A DNA stretch of 64,000 nucleotides from Octopus bimaculoides. Taxonomy: Eukaryota. Positions 1 through 12,507 of the stretch are shown piece after piece. The notes beneath the pieces are model-generated. The model saw nothing but the letters and a program-made list of their open reading frames with translations. It had not been told where the DNA came from and ran no database searches. The number at the start of each line of letters is the position of its first letter. Within the stretch, counting starts at the first letter, position 1. Made by a program: the position numbers and the translations under genes. The DNA lies in NCBI RefSeq assembly GCF_001194135.2, contig NC_068982.1, forward strand, positions 167,956,566 through 168,020,565, read 5' to 3'.

Positions 1-411
1 TAAAGGAAACTATTAAAATCTATGCTGTGTTCAATAAACATAAGTAAAGTTAATATCACAAATTATCTCTTAGTTATGTGAGTATAGCAGTGTGAGGGAG
101 CCGAAAGTTAATTTTAACTATTTGACAATAATATAAAAAGAAAAAAAATATTTGACGTATATGCTTATAGAAACAAACTTCAGAACTACGAGAACGCTTT
201 TATCTTTTACATTATATTTACTTTACGTCCTTAAGGTATAATTAACCACAATTATCTCTGAGAGATGTGTCGTCGAAATGCTTCAGAGAAACCGGAATAT
301 CTAGTAGTGTCATTGAAAATAATGACGTAGGGGGGATGAAGAGAGGGTGAGAGGGGGATGGGAGAGAGAAAGAGAAAGTGAGAAGTAGAGAGAACATAGA
401 GAAGTAGGGGT

Positions 412-472
<61 letters not shown>
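412..472. repeat. (GA)n microsatellite
   Basis: Near-pure GA run within a purine-rich tract; explains the SLSL ORF 252-548. Confidence 0.95.
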
Positions 473-476
<4 letters not shown>

Positions 477-2429
477 ATAAAGATAAATAATGAACAGAAT
501 TAAAATGAAAGGAAAAGATTTGAGTACGTCATCGATAAATCTCTTCAAAATTAATTTTTCCTAGACGATTTCAACGAGAGAAAGAATTTAATTGTTAATT
601 ACACATTCGATATTTAATTAAGGAGTTTAACAGATTTTCAACACGTTAACAAGATTTCTATTTTAATTTTACATTTAACTATTTGAAGAGAGATGCAAGA
701 AAATGGTTTCTTCTAAGCATTCCACATATACATGTATTGGCTCTCATAGGCATAGTCATAAGGTTTTCAACGTTCTCTCTCACAGCTATACCCATACACT
801 TCTACCATACATACAGTCATACACTCTCCAAAGCAGATATTCATTTACAGTCTCACACATAAACACATGCGCTACATGCAAACGTTCCCAAATGCCACAC
901 AATATTTACCCTTTCACAAACGCACGCGCCATATTTAGAAATATATACAAGCACAGTATTACTTAAATTCGTTCAGACATAGGATACATAAAAATACATA
1001 ATACATCAAAATTTAGTAAATTATAGATGCACACATAATTACGCAATAAGCTAGAATTAGAAGCTGAGTTATCGTCAATTCAGACACTATTTTCATAGTA
1101 GATTGTTGATACAATGATCTGTTTGACCAGGATTGATGTGGTCTAAACAATGACAACGACGTATGTAATGCTTAAAGATGCAGTACAACTCCATACACTG
1201 CAATTTTCTTTATGCATCCTGAAATATCAAATCATACAGATGGCTGTGTATGGAGAAAGTAAAGTTCTATTCTTTTATGTATGTTGCGTTGTATAGCGAT
1301 TGCAGCTAATCATACACACCATTGAGTTTTCATATAATCTTGATTAATTTAAATTACAAGGTTGCTTCCCTTAGAATTAATCATTACGAGAGTGAAATAT
1401 ACCACCTCCATAGAAGGGAACTTTTAATATAGAAACATTTTTTGTATAATTACAATAGGTATGTTAGCTCACCCAGTTTACTACTTATAAAACGATGATG
1501 CCTTTGTCTTCCAAAATATGGTATTATTTGTGAATTTCAAGAGTAACATATTAGCTTATTTGGTGTAAGCCTAGCTTTCAGCAAATTCCGATTGGAAAAT
1601 GCCTCCCAGAGTTGACGTAAAGAAACGACATATGATACAGTGTTGGATGCACATAAGTTAGTAACCAATGTGAGCCGAGGTTTCAAATTGTTGTATTCTA
1701 ACGTTCAAACACAATGAAGAGATAAAAAGATTCGCATAACACTGACGACCTCTGGGCTTTCCGATGAAATTCTCTAAACATCAATATTTGATGCTTCCAA
1801 TCCACAAAACGAATATTTCTTGACGCTTTTATTGATTTATACCTTCAATTTACATTCATAAGAGTTAGATATTAAAATAGAACATACACATATATATTCA
1901 TATTTACGCACGCGTTAGAAAGAGCAAGTTTTCCTGTACAAAGTTACTATCGCCCAGTTGGCTGGTTTTGTCTTTAATAGTGTTTTTTTTTTTCAAGATT
2001 AACTGCAACTATGAACTTTGCAGGTTGTCCGAGATAGGGGATACCAATGGAATGGAAATTCACCTCCTACATATGTAAATTCAATTACGACTGAAAAACA
2101 TACTTAGGAAGAACTAAATGAGATCTTACTTTGTATTAATCGATTTCAACTCAAATGAAGTTAGCATCCTTACGCGTCAGAATGTATTGTGAATATCTTT
2201 AATCACATTCGACTATTTCGCAAGATACAACAGAAACAAAATTTCGCGGAGGAACTGAGCAATTCAGGAAAGTGAATATGGAACAAAAATCAAATATTCT
2301 GATGAAGCACATTCTATTTTCTAAGAATCTCCTTGTAAACACGTTTATAGAGCGTGCTTATCGATGTAAACATTGGCAGAAACATATCTTTAGTTCATAT
2401 AAGTGATATCTACCATTATATATATAATT

Positions 2430-2836
2430 TGAGCATTGATTTTCTTCTTACATTTCACTTCCACTGGATATATCTTTTTCCAAGCCTTTAAGCTTTTATT
2501 TTAATTCACATATCGCCCTATATTTCTCCGTTATAAGTTTTCTGCTTATTTCTTTCCTTTATACCTTCTCTTTCTATAGGTTACCTTTGACGTTATATCT
2601 TCTAACGGTTTTTTTTGAAAAACTTAATAACGTTCCGTTGATCAATATACATCCATCACATTCTGTTAAAATGCCTTATTGATGAGTTTGGTTTCTTTAA
2701 TTCTTTCTTTCTCTCCCTGATGAGAAGATTACATTGTTTTACACTATTTTATTCCTTTGGAATAATCCCAATGTTGTTTTCGAAACATATGTCAGAAGTA
2801 AAAGAATCTGAATAGCACCTGCGTTTAACTCCATTT
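2430..2836 (+). mobile_element. Solo pseudo-LTR of a Penelope-like element
   Basis: Colinear similarity to ~11230-11610, which directly follows a GIY-YIG coding relic. Both copies end ...cacctgcgttta(a/g)ctccattta. Contains a hammerhead motif, as known for Penelope pLTRs. Confidence 0.65.
2711..2798 (+). ncRNA. Type I hammerhead ribozyme-like motif (stem I decayed)
   Basis: CTGATGA 2717-2723, G2724:C2781 closing stem II, GAAA 2782-2785, palindromic CATATG 2786-2791, TC site 2792-2793. Stem II includes ACATTG/CAATGT and an inner TATTCC/GGAATA hairpin. Confidence 0.55.
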
Positions 2837-2867
<31 letters not shown>

Positions 2868-3654
2868 GGAGAAGGAGTGGCTGTGTGGTAGAAACTTTTC
2901 TAACAACGCTAAGAGTAAAAAATGTTTTATATGACACATTCTACGAATGCTCGAAGTTTGAAAGTGTTTAGTTACTAAAAATTAATTTCTCGATCTGCCG
3001 ATGAAAGTGAAAAAATCCTAAATATGATCAAGAATTTTGATTTATGGTTTCTCTTCATGATCTCTCTTGAAATCTTGAAATTTCATATTACGTCATATTT
3101 CGAAGAAGGGACAATGAATTACTGTTGAAAATAAAAGAAGCCTGTAAAGCTCTTAATTATCCAAGATACCACCGAAAGAAACTGACTCAAATAGCTACAT
3201 TTCTCTGTATCTGGTGTTGTTAAATGACATGCAGTGCTGTCCGAATGAATCCTTTGTCCAGAACAAGTATAAGAAATATTTCTAATATAACCTATAGTGC
3301 TAGCATGCCTAAACAATGGATATTAATGGCTTATTCCCATTAAACTTGCAGAAGATGCAAACATTAAGTATCTGACAAATCTATTTAAATCAAAATTAAT
3401 GAGAAATGTAGCATATTTGAATAAGGTTAGTTTATAAATTTACAATTTTATCGATAATCAAAGAAACCCTTAAGTTACCAACCAAATGTTTAAATAATAA
3501 CACTGTGCAACAAAATTTTCATTTTTATTTATTGTCTTTGGTCAATTTCCAATATTTCCTATTTGATTCTATCTAGAAATCAAAGGAAATTACTACTATT
3601 CCCTTCAAACATATTTTTTGTGACGTGGATATCAATGTTTTTAAACGAACCTAT

Positions 3655-3790
3655 TTTCTATCAAATGTCAGACAGATTTCGAAATGATGGAATGCAAAGT
3701 GGACGTTGACGGAATTTGAACTCAGAACAGAATAGCGAACGAAATAGTGCTAAGCATGTTGTTCAGCATCCTAGCGATTCTACCAGCTTG
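3655..3790 (-). mobile_element. tRNA-derived SINE, family C (degenerate)
   Basis: Shares gaatttgaactcagaac and downstream head sequence with the copies at 30635, 50040 and 62715. Confidence 0.55.
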
Positions 3791-5091
3791 TAGCATTTAT
3801 AAAGTTAATAATCAAAATAATTTAGATCACAATCAAGTATATCATCGCAATCTAGATAATTAATTCTATATATTGGTATATATTTATAACACTCCAGAAC
3901 ATTTGCTAAAATGGAATTAACTTTGTCTTTTTATTTCCCTTGTTTCATTGTGGTTTATATTAACATATTCTCATCTCAGATATCATATGAAGTGGCATTG
4001 AAGTATCAAAAGTTGTGTAGATTATAATGTCAATGATTTGAACGTCACATATGCATACTCACATATTCACGCATGCACGCGCACACACTCACTCACATAC
4101 ATGCATGCACACACACGCACGCACGCACGCACGCACGTACCCACACATACGCTCATATATTTACATACACATAGGTATGAAGTACATATACATGCACAGA
4201 TGAGAAAATACAAATATGCAATTATTTATAAATGCATTTAGACCTCCGTACGTATATGATGTACGTATGTATTCTGCTACAGAAAATTATTGAGAAATGA
4301 ATATTTAATAAACATACATGCATACAAACATACATTTACATATGCTTATTTATATATCATAATGTAAGTGTCGTATTGCAAACATTATCTGATGTAGAAT
4401 ATGATACGTGCGATAAAGTGAATATATAGAAAAATTATATCAAAATTTCACTGTCAACATTCAGTTTCATCCTAAACTTTTTTACAACTCTTCACAATCA
4501 TACACTCATGTATATACATGTATGTATCTGTGTGTATATACTCGAACTCGACTGACGAAAGAAAACTCCGAATGACCCATCCTTGTTTTGTCTTGTTACT
4601 TTTTCTACCATCTAACTGTCTGGATGTTTTGTTGTCCCTTTTTGTATCATCTGTCTGAATGTTTTGCGTCCTTGTCCCATTTTGTATTCTTTTTATATAC
4701 ATATAGCTGCGTAAGTTGTTACGATCAGGGAAATTCTTGGCTAAAAAAGGGGTGAACTTCTGAGCGCAACAACAGAATTGTACAATCAGTGAATTAACAA
4801 TCAAAGATGAAATTATGTAACGAAATGTATAATATCCAACGAATTTCATGTCCATTTCTCGATTGTTCAAATTTATGTTGTAAACGGTTCGCATGCAGCT
4901 CTCTCTCGTATTTCGAACTATCCACGCAATGCCGTTGCTGTATTCTGAACTCCCCCGTTCGATTTTCCTTCTTCCCTTTTTAAGAAGGAATCAACGAGAT
5001 TACCCGTCACGCTCGTTAACAGGAAGTAAACGAGATTACCTGTCTCGTTCCTTGCTCACTTCCTGTATACATATATATATATATATATATA

Positions 5092-5275
5092 NNNNNNNNN
5101 NNNNNNNNNNNNNNNNNNNNNNNNNNNNNNNNNNNNNNNNNNNNNNNNNNNNNNNNNNNNNNNNNNNNNNNNNNNNNNNNNNNNNNNNNNNNNNNNNNNN
5201 NNNNNNNNNNNNNNNNNNNNNNNNNNNNNNNNNNNNNNNNNNNNNNNNNNNNNNNNNNNNNNNNNNNNNNNNNNN
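5092..5275. other. Assembly gap (first of 11: 5092-5275, 6121-6404, 8233-8547, 12632-13008, 28919-28928, 33795-33933, 45628-46256, 51078-51458, 53456-53957, 55724-55733, 57357-57450)
   Basis: Runs of N, most flanked by microsatellites. Confidence 0.98.
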
Positions 5276-6427
5276 CATACATACATACATACATACATAC
5301 ATACATACATACATACATACGTCATTTCAACTCTGCCAAAAAAAAAAGGTCGTTATATATCTTTCATCACAAACGCTTATCTCTCCTCAACCAGATTCTG
5401 AAGCTTCATTCAGAAAACATTGTAAGTTCTCTTCCTTCATTATATTTTCTCGTTATTTGCACTGACTATAAATATACATAACAACGTACACTTTGGTCTC
5501 TTATATGTAAGTACAGATATATATATATATATGAATTTTGTACGACTCTATTTTTCTTTCATTCTTTCTGTCTTTCTTTCTAGCAGTCCCTTCAAACTTA
5601 CTTCGTTCTTTCCACTCATTTTTCTTTCGCTCCCCCTCTCTCACATTTCCTGGCCTTCCCTTCATTCACACCTTCCCTCCTCTTTCACTTCAGTCTGTTC
5701 CTTCTCGTCTTTTTCTCGTCCCTCCCTATTTTTTCTATACCTCTGCCTCTACCTCTCTCCTCTCCTTCCACGTGACCGGTGTTCGATCAAGCGTGACGTT
5801 TCTTTCTTGGTTCGACTACCATTCGTGCAACATCTATATTCTTTCCCATGCCCGTCATCTCTTATGTCCCTGCCGTAAGGCTTTACCTCAACACACGCCA
5901 GCGTAATTTAATTCGTCCTTAGTCGAAAGACAGCTGTTGTTAATGTTCTGTTGTTTGCAATTGTATTTGTGTACCATTTCTCCGTTTTTTTTTCGTCCTT
6001 GTTTTCGTATACACTCGCTGCTTTCTTCCGAGGAATCTAGTGCTTAGATTTTCTTTGGGGCTGGCCAAATTGGAGCAGTCTCGAGTATAACCAGCCGAAA
6101 GTGCAAAGATAATCTGAAACNNNNNNNNNNNNNNNNNNNNNNNNNNNNNNNNNNNNNNNNNNNNNNNNNNNNNNNNNNNNNNNNNNNNNNNNNNNNNNNN
6201 NNNNNNNNNNNNNNNNNNNNNNNNNNNNNNNNNNNNNNNNNNNNNNNNNNNNNNNNNNNNNNNNNNNNNNNNNNNNNNNNNNNNNNNNNNNNNNNNNNNN
6301 NNNNNNNNNNNNNNNNNNNNNNNNNNNNNNNNNNNNNNNNNNNNNNNNNNNNNNNNNNNNNNNNNNNNNNNNNNNNNNNNNNNNNNNNNNNNNNNNNNNN
6401 NNNNTATATATATATATAAAGAGTATT

Positions 6428-6593
6428 AACCCATAAACCGGTCTACAGATGTTGATTTATGCTGGATAGTGGTGCTGAGTTCCCCTGTTCGAAAATATAG
6501 GGTCACAGACATTGTGTTCTTATATTTTTCGGACACGGGACCACAGCACACTCATCCAGCACAAAGCAACATCTGTGGACCGATTTCTGGGTT
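6428..6593. repeat. Imperfect 166-bp foldback (long inverted repeat), MITE-like
   Basis: Arms pair along their length, e.g. AACCC/GGGTT, CGGTC/GACCG, ACAGATGTTG/CAACATCTGT, TGCTGGAT/ATCCAGCA, AAAATATA/TATATTTT, around a short centre near 6508-6512. Confidence 0.8.
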
Positions 6594-7364
6594 GTTGCTC
6601 TTACCAACACATAGAAGCCGCTCGGCTAGATCGCACTGGTGAGTTCCCGTTCGAAAATATATAATTTTCAAAGTAACACACAGTTACTGATCTAATAAAT
6701 AGAAACACTACTACTTCTAAATCTCTCGAAGAGAGATATTCAGTAACAGTATTTTAAAGTAAGTACTATTTGCCAACATAATGTGGCAGTCCTGGATTGG
6801 ACGTATGCATGTATACATACATGTATACACACACACACATACATATATACACTCAGACACACACAAACACAGACATATACCTGTGATTGTGCATGCAGTT
6901 TTTTTTACACTAACATTCGAAAGACTTACACACTTTTCTGGATGAATTCAACGATATTGTTATTAATATTTCAACTATAAATATGAAACTTTAGATGTTT
7001 ACTGTTTATACGTTTCTTTACGGATTTATGATGAAGTACACTGCACCTATTACAATTTTGCGATTTATTTCAAAGACATTATCGGTCAATTTGAGCAGGA
7101 CTATGTCTCCACTTTTTGCATAATGATAGACGTTTTTAAACTGAATTTGCAATACAAACATTTAATTTCAATAAACTATGCATACATACACACATACATA
7201 TATACCGACAGACAGAAATATATGTGTGTGTGTGTGTGAGTGTGTGTTTGTGTGTGAGTGTGTGTTTGTGTGTGAGTGTGTGTATGTATATACATCATCA
7301 TCCTATAACATCAATTTCCTATGCTGGCATGAGTTGCACGGTTTGACAAGAAAAAGGACAAAGG

Positions 7365-7443
<79 letters not shown>

Positions 7444-8172
7444 AACACATGCACACACATACACATATCATTCAACAATTGTGGTGGAATAAGCCGATAA
7501 GCGAAAGTTGTCACCTCAAATTTTATGTACGTATATATGTATGCAAGTAAATATGCATGTATGCATGTAAATATGTATGTGTGTATGAATGTATGTAAGT
7601 AAATATGTATATATGTGTGTGTGTACCTATCTATCTGTCTGACACTCTATCTGTGTATGTATATGCGTGCATGTACGTGAGTGTATGTATGTGTATATGT
7701 GTATGTGTGTGCGTGTATGTGTACGTGTGTGCGCGCGTGTGTGTGTGCGTTTGTGTTTGAAGGCTAACAGAACAGAAATTGCAATAACGCAAATCTCCAA
7801 TTTCACTTTCAGATTTGTCAGATGGCGGTGATTTAACAAAAGCATGCATTTATATAGATATAATTCAAATTCTGTTGAACAGTGACAAAATATTTGAAAG
7901 CAAATGCGTAATATGATTGGTTGGCGGAAATCAATAGAGCCAGGTTTGGCTATATAGACAAATAAAAACTAAAAACAAAAATGAAGGAAAAATACAGGCA
8001 TATAAGGAATTAACGGTCGGAGGAAAAGCAAAAAGACTATATTCTTATAACAAATATACATGTGAAATTACACTTATACCAAATGATAATACACATAAAT
8101 TACCTCAGGAGATATTATCTTCGTGATATTAAAATAACATGATTATATTGCAAAATATACATACATGCATAG

Positions 8173-8232
<60 letters not shown>

Positions 8233-9743
8233 NNNNNNNNNNNNNNNNNNNNNNNNNNNNNNNNNNNNNNNNNNNNNNNNNNNNNNNNNNNNNNNNNNNN
8301 NNNNNNNNNNNNNNNNNNNNNNNNNNNNNNNNNNNNNNNNNNNNNNNNNNNNNNNNNNNNNNNNNNNNNNNNNNNNNNNNNNNNNNNNNNNNNNNNNNNN
8401 NNNNNNNNNNNNNNNNNNNNNNNNNNNNNNNNNNNNNNNNNNNNNNNNNNNNNNNNNNNNNNNNNNNNNNNNNNNNNNNNNNNNNNNNNNNNNNNNNNNN
8501 NNNNNNNNNNNNNNNNNNNNNNNNNNNNNNNNNNNNNNNNNNNNNNNTATATGTATATATGTATATATAATATATGTGCAAATATTAATGCAATGCAACA
8601 TCTGTTAGTGACTACTTTAGAATATTCCTTTTGTTAAATAAGTTCCCATGTCAATATGATCGGGTTGGGTATGATTCAGAACTGTGTAAATGAAAATATA
8701 TATATATATTTGATCTACTTTTGTTAAAAAGATAAAGATGGGGAAAAATAAAATCAAAAAAAAAAAAAAGAAAGAAGCAGGGAACGTCGCATATCATGAT
8801 CGTTTGTCTCGCTAGATATTTCAATCCAAACTCCTGAAATGATGCCTTGCTATCTTGAAAGAAATGGTAGAACACGTTGGATAATCAGGTTAGGAATATA
8901 AATGAAATATAAGCTGGTCATTGGTCTCAGATATTGAATATAGATGTAGTGGGATCAGGGCTAGGTGCTAATTAAGACAGCTACCCAACAATAACGACAG
9001 CAGCAGCAGTAGTAGCAGTAGCAGGTATATATTACGCTTAAGATATACAGTCTGCGCCGACCTACAGGAGTAGTGTTATTGCCTTACACATATTCATCAG
9101 AACCGGGGCAGTGTTTTGAACCTAACTCTATTTTGCAGTACATGGATCACATGAATATTTCTCTAATTTTTGTTTTCATCTTATCAATTTGGGTACAACT
9201 ATAAACTTAGATACAGAGCAGAAAGGAAGTAACTACAAATTCCCGTTTATATTTTAAAACATTGATTAGGAAACAAATATACTTAAGAGAATACTATACT
9301 AAATATTTCAACGCTAACAACGAATTTAATTCTCAGTAATTCTAATAGATCGTTATTCAATTTCTATTCGTAATTTACTTTTAGTTTTGAGCGGGACGTA
9401 AATTAGTTCGTACGTATCCGCTGCTCTCGCAAATATTTGGCTTCCACAGACAAACATCTATACCATTTCAGTAATCTGCGTGTCCAACTCCTTCTAAGGC
9501 TTTACTCTGACAATTTTTATAACGATTCCATATTTCAATTATATGATCATGGCGCTGAGAGAAACACAATTATATAGGAAATACAATTAAAGTTTTCGTA
9601 TGGATACGTTCGAAATGTGAGCTGAAAAGTTTATAATTTTGATTGCGTTGGGATATTTCTTGTATATTTCATGTATGTATGTATGTATGTATGTATGATT
9701 TCTAACTTAGACCCAAGGCTCTTTCATTGGCTATACATACATG

Positions 9744-9802
<59 letters not shown>

Positions 9803-10881
9803 AATAGAAATAAGAGAAATGACACAGAGAGCTCAATGGTATATATTTGAATAATATTAATCATATACTGTTATACGACATTGATTCTTTACTTATTTCC
9901 GTCTCTAGACGTTGTCCCATAATTACCAAATGACAATTAAGACTAGCTACACTTGAAAAGGGGAGATAATCTCAAGAATTCAGAATTCTCCAAAGCTGAC
10001 AATGCTAGTATGAAAATGTCTGGAGATAAGAGGACGCTCGTTGGCAAATGTTCCTAGCTCAATAGCCTTCATCAGTAAGGCAATTATCCGACCTTATCTC
10101 TAGCAGTCAGGGATTTAGACTTATACAAAAAGGAGTAGAGTAACTTCACAGCTTAGGTCAGGTATGGAGGCTCACGTTGTTGTAGTGCGTTGCTGCATTC
10201 ACCATTTTTTGGGATATTCCCGAGTCCTCCGAGGCGACCCATTGTGCAGAGTCCCAGTCAGTCCCGATCTGCGTGAAATATCTCCTCATCTGCCGTGACC
10301 ATGTGGCATGTAGTCAACCAACACGAGCCATCAACCCAGTCGGATCCTCGGTGTAGAGAACACAGAAGGCAACGTCTAACTCGGAAAATGGAGCAACATG
10401 TCTAAAAAGTCGGAGTTGGTGATCCCGAATTGTAATTTTACAGCGTAAGGGAGATTACCCTTCTTTAAGCCACTTTTTGCGTTATAAAAGTAAGTATGAT
10501 ACTTTTAAGGATAATTACCCTAGTAACAAGCTATGTCCAAGTAAAACTGTTTGATTGATAATTCTATATGGTAAGCAGATAAAATTCAACCTCCCTTACC
10601 ATTTTCGTGAACCTATAGATAAGAGTTTCCCCCCAAATTCAAGATACCATTCCATTATCAATCGACACTGAATAAGAAGAGGGTTTTCAAACACCAAAAT
10701 CCTTTCAGAAATCATCTCTTCGCATAACTATAAGTTGATAAATACAAATCCACACAATGAAAATAATAACATTGATATTAATAACACTAACCATTCTTTG
10801 AACGATAATAAACACAACATTAGTATTTCTGATATAAATTCGAATCACATTCATTTCCTTAGCAGTAATTCTAAGACTAGA

Positions 10882-11195
10882 AACTCTGTTTATCAATGTA
10901 AAATTACTTCCGTTTCAGTATGTCTTTTTTTACATAGGTAGTTCTTCATCTCATTTGTCCAAAAGAATATTTAAACCATTACTCTACATTTAGACATATC
11001 AATAAACGCAACAATACTGGGCTTAGCAAATTAATTTGGAATAGAATATTCTATCTAGATCCTTTCCATACGATAAAGGAAAATCCTTTTGTCCGCTCTC
11101 TAACGAAGAACAGTATCTCATTCTGTTCTCGTTTAAAGAACGCGTCTAGCGTTGCGAATTTCGTCAAAAACATACCCTTAGTTCCCATAAGTAAT
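10882..11195 (+). pseudogene. Penelope-type GIY-YIG endonuclease relic (frameshifted)
   Basis: VYQCKIT (10888), then after a frameshift in the T-run FYIGSSSSHLSKRIF (YIG at 10931), then NHYSTFRH..NNTGLSKLIW, and later CPLSNEEQYLIL and CEFRQKH. This matches the GIY-YIG / conserved R / C-terminal Cys-His layout of Penelope endonucleases. Confidence 0.7.
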
Positions 11196-11485
11196 TTCTG
11201 CCAATCTATTAAATTCCACTTTCATCTGCCTTCTTACATGTCATTTCCACTACATATATCTATTTACACGCTTTTAAGCTTTATTTCAACTCATCTATTG
11301 CACTATATCTCTCCACTCTTCATTTTCTCTTAATTTCTTAGTTTCTCCTCCTCTTTCTCTAAATTGTCTTTGACGATAAATCTATTAACGGTTTTTAAAA
11401 AATAACTTGCCAGCGTTCCTTTCATCATATACGCGGTAATCACATTCGGTTAAAATGGCTTATTGATGTGTTTTGTTTCTCTGTT

Positions 11486-11571
11486 TTCCTTGATGAGATG
11501 ATTACATTGTTTTACATCATTTTATTCCCTCCGGAACAATACCAATGTTTTCTTCGAAACACGTGTCGGAA
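11486..11571 (+). ncRNA. Type I hammerhead ribozyme-like motif (C3 mutated)
   Basis: Stem I TTCC 11486-11489 pairs GGAA 11568-11571. Core TTGATGA 11490-11496, G11497:C11555, GAAA 11556-11559, palindromic CACGTG 11560-11565, TC site 11566-11567. Confidence 0.6.
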
Positions 11572-11774
11572 GTATAAAGATTTGAATAACACCTGCGTTT
11601 AGCTCCATTTATTAATTTATTTATGTGATACCAAAACATTTCACTAAACTGTGGAATTTCTACCTTTATAAGCAGGCTGTAACATACTTGAAACCTATGT
11701 GAATTTTTGCTACCCTAGTAACTATTTATTTATTTTTATCGTGTCATCTGTACACATTGAAAAAATACACATAC

Positions 11775-11823
<49 letters not shown>

Positions 11824-12267
11824 TTAACAGGCTGTGAAAGTTTTCAGAACATTTATCAAGAGAAGGTCTAACAACTGTTCCTGGGATATTTTATATATCC
11901 ATTCATCAGAGACGGTGCGAGACAATGTTTAATAGTTATTGTAGAGAATATATGAAATACAGAGTGAAGAAGAGGAATGAAAACAGATGTGAGATATGTA
12001 AGAATATTGTATCTGCAGTCCCATCATTTAAGCAGAATGGTGTATAGAAAGTTTCCTGTACCTTGTTTGGGAGTTCCAGTGGTATTTATAATTGGTGTTT
12101 ATAATTCCAAGCATAGTCTTGTAATCGGTGTTATTCGATATATATAAATATATATACGTATACACACATTCACACACTCGCACTCATATATATGTGTGTG
12201 TATGTGTGTATGTATCTAAAATATAGTTATATAATATGTATGAAGTTATATAATATGTATATATATA

Positions 12268-12507
12268 TAAGGTTGGCCAAAATTCACGCCAAAGTAAATC
12301 AAAATTCCATAAATATTTAATATTCAATTTTGAATCCAATTATAACTGTTTAATATTTGAATGCTGTGAGTTAAAATCACCGTGTTTTTTTTTTGTTGCA
12401 ACATTTGTCTGTTTATTAGCGAAGACTCATTGTATTTGTAAAACATAAATAAGTGTTGGAATTAAATGGGTTTTGATTTAATGTCAGGTGACTTTTGGCC
12501 AACTCTG
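12268..12507. mobile_element. Tc1/mariner-type MITE (240 bp)
   Basis: Terminal inverted repeats TAAGGTTGGCCAAAATTCAC and GTGACTTTTGGCCAACTCTG (16/20 match), TA on both flanks, no coding content. Confidence 0.6.

Larger units (their letters stand above)
10560..11610 (+). mobile_element. 5'-truncated Penelope-like element (end of RT/thumb, GIY-YIG, pLTR)
   Basis: Translates to PIDKSFPPNSRYHSIINRH...IISSHNYKLIN (10612 onward), then GIY-YIG motifs, then a pyrimidine-rich pLTR shared with 2430-2836. Confidence 0.75.

Noticed and set aside
1998-2074. Strong poly-T acceptor followed by a short open frame (similar case at 23727-23783)
   Set aside because: Weak donors and unrecognisable peptides; such signals are common in AT-rich DNA.
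3100-3350. NITYSASMPK, a Penelope-like motif
   Set aside because: A single short motif; not enough support.
10040-10080. Minus-strand CTGATGA-AGGCTATTGAGCT-AGGAAC
   Set aside because: GAAA and the UH site are both mutated and there is no stem I.
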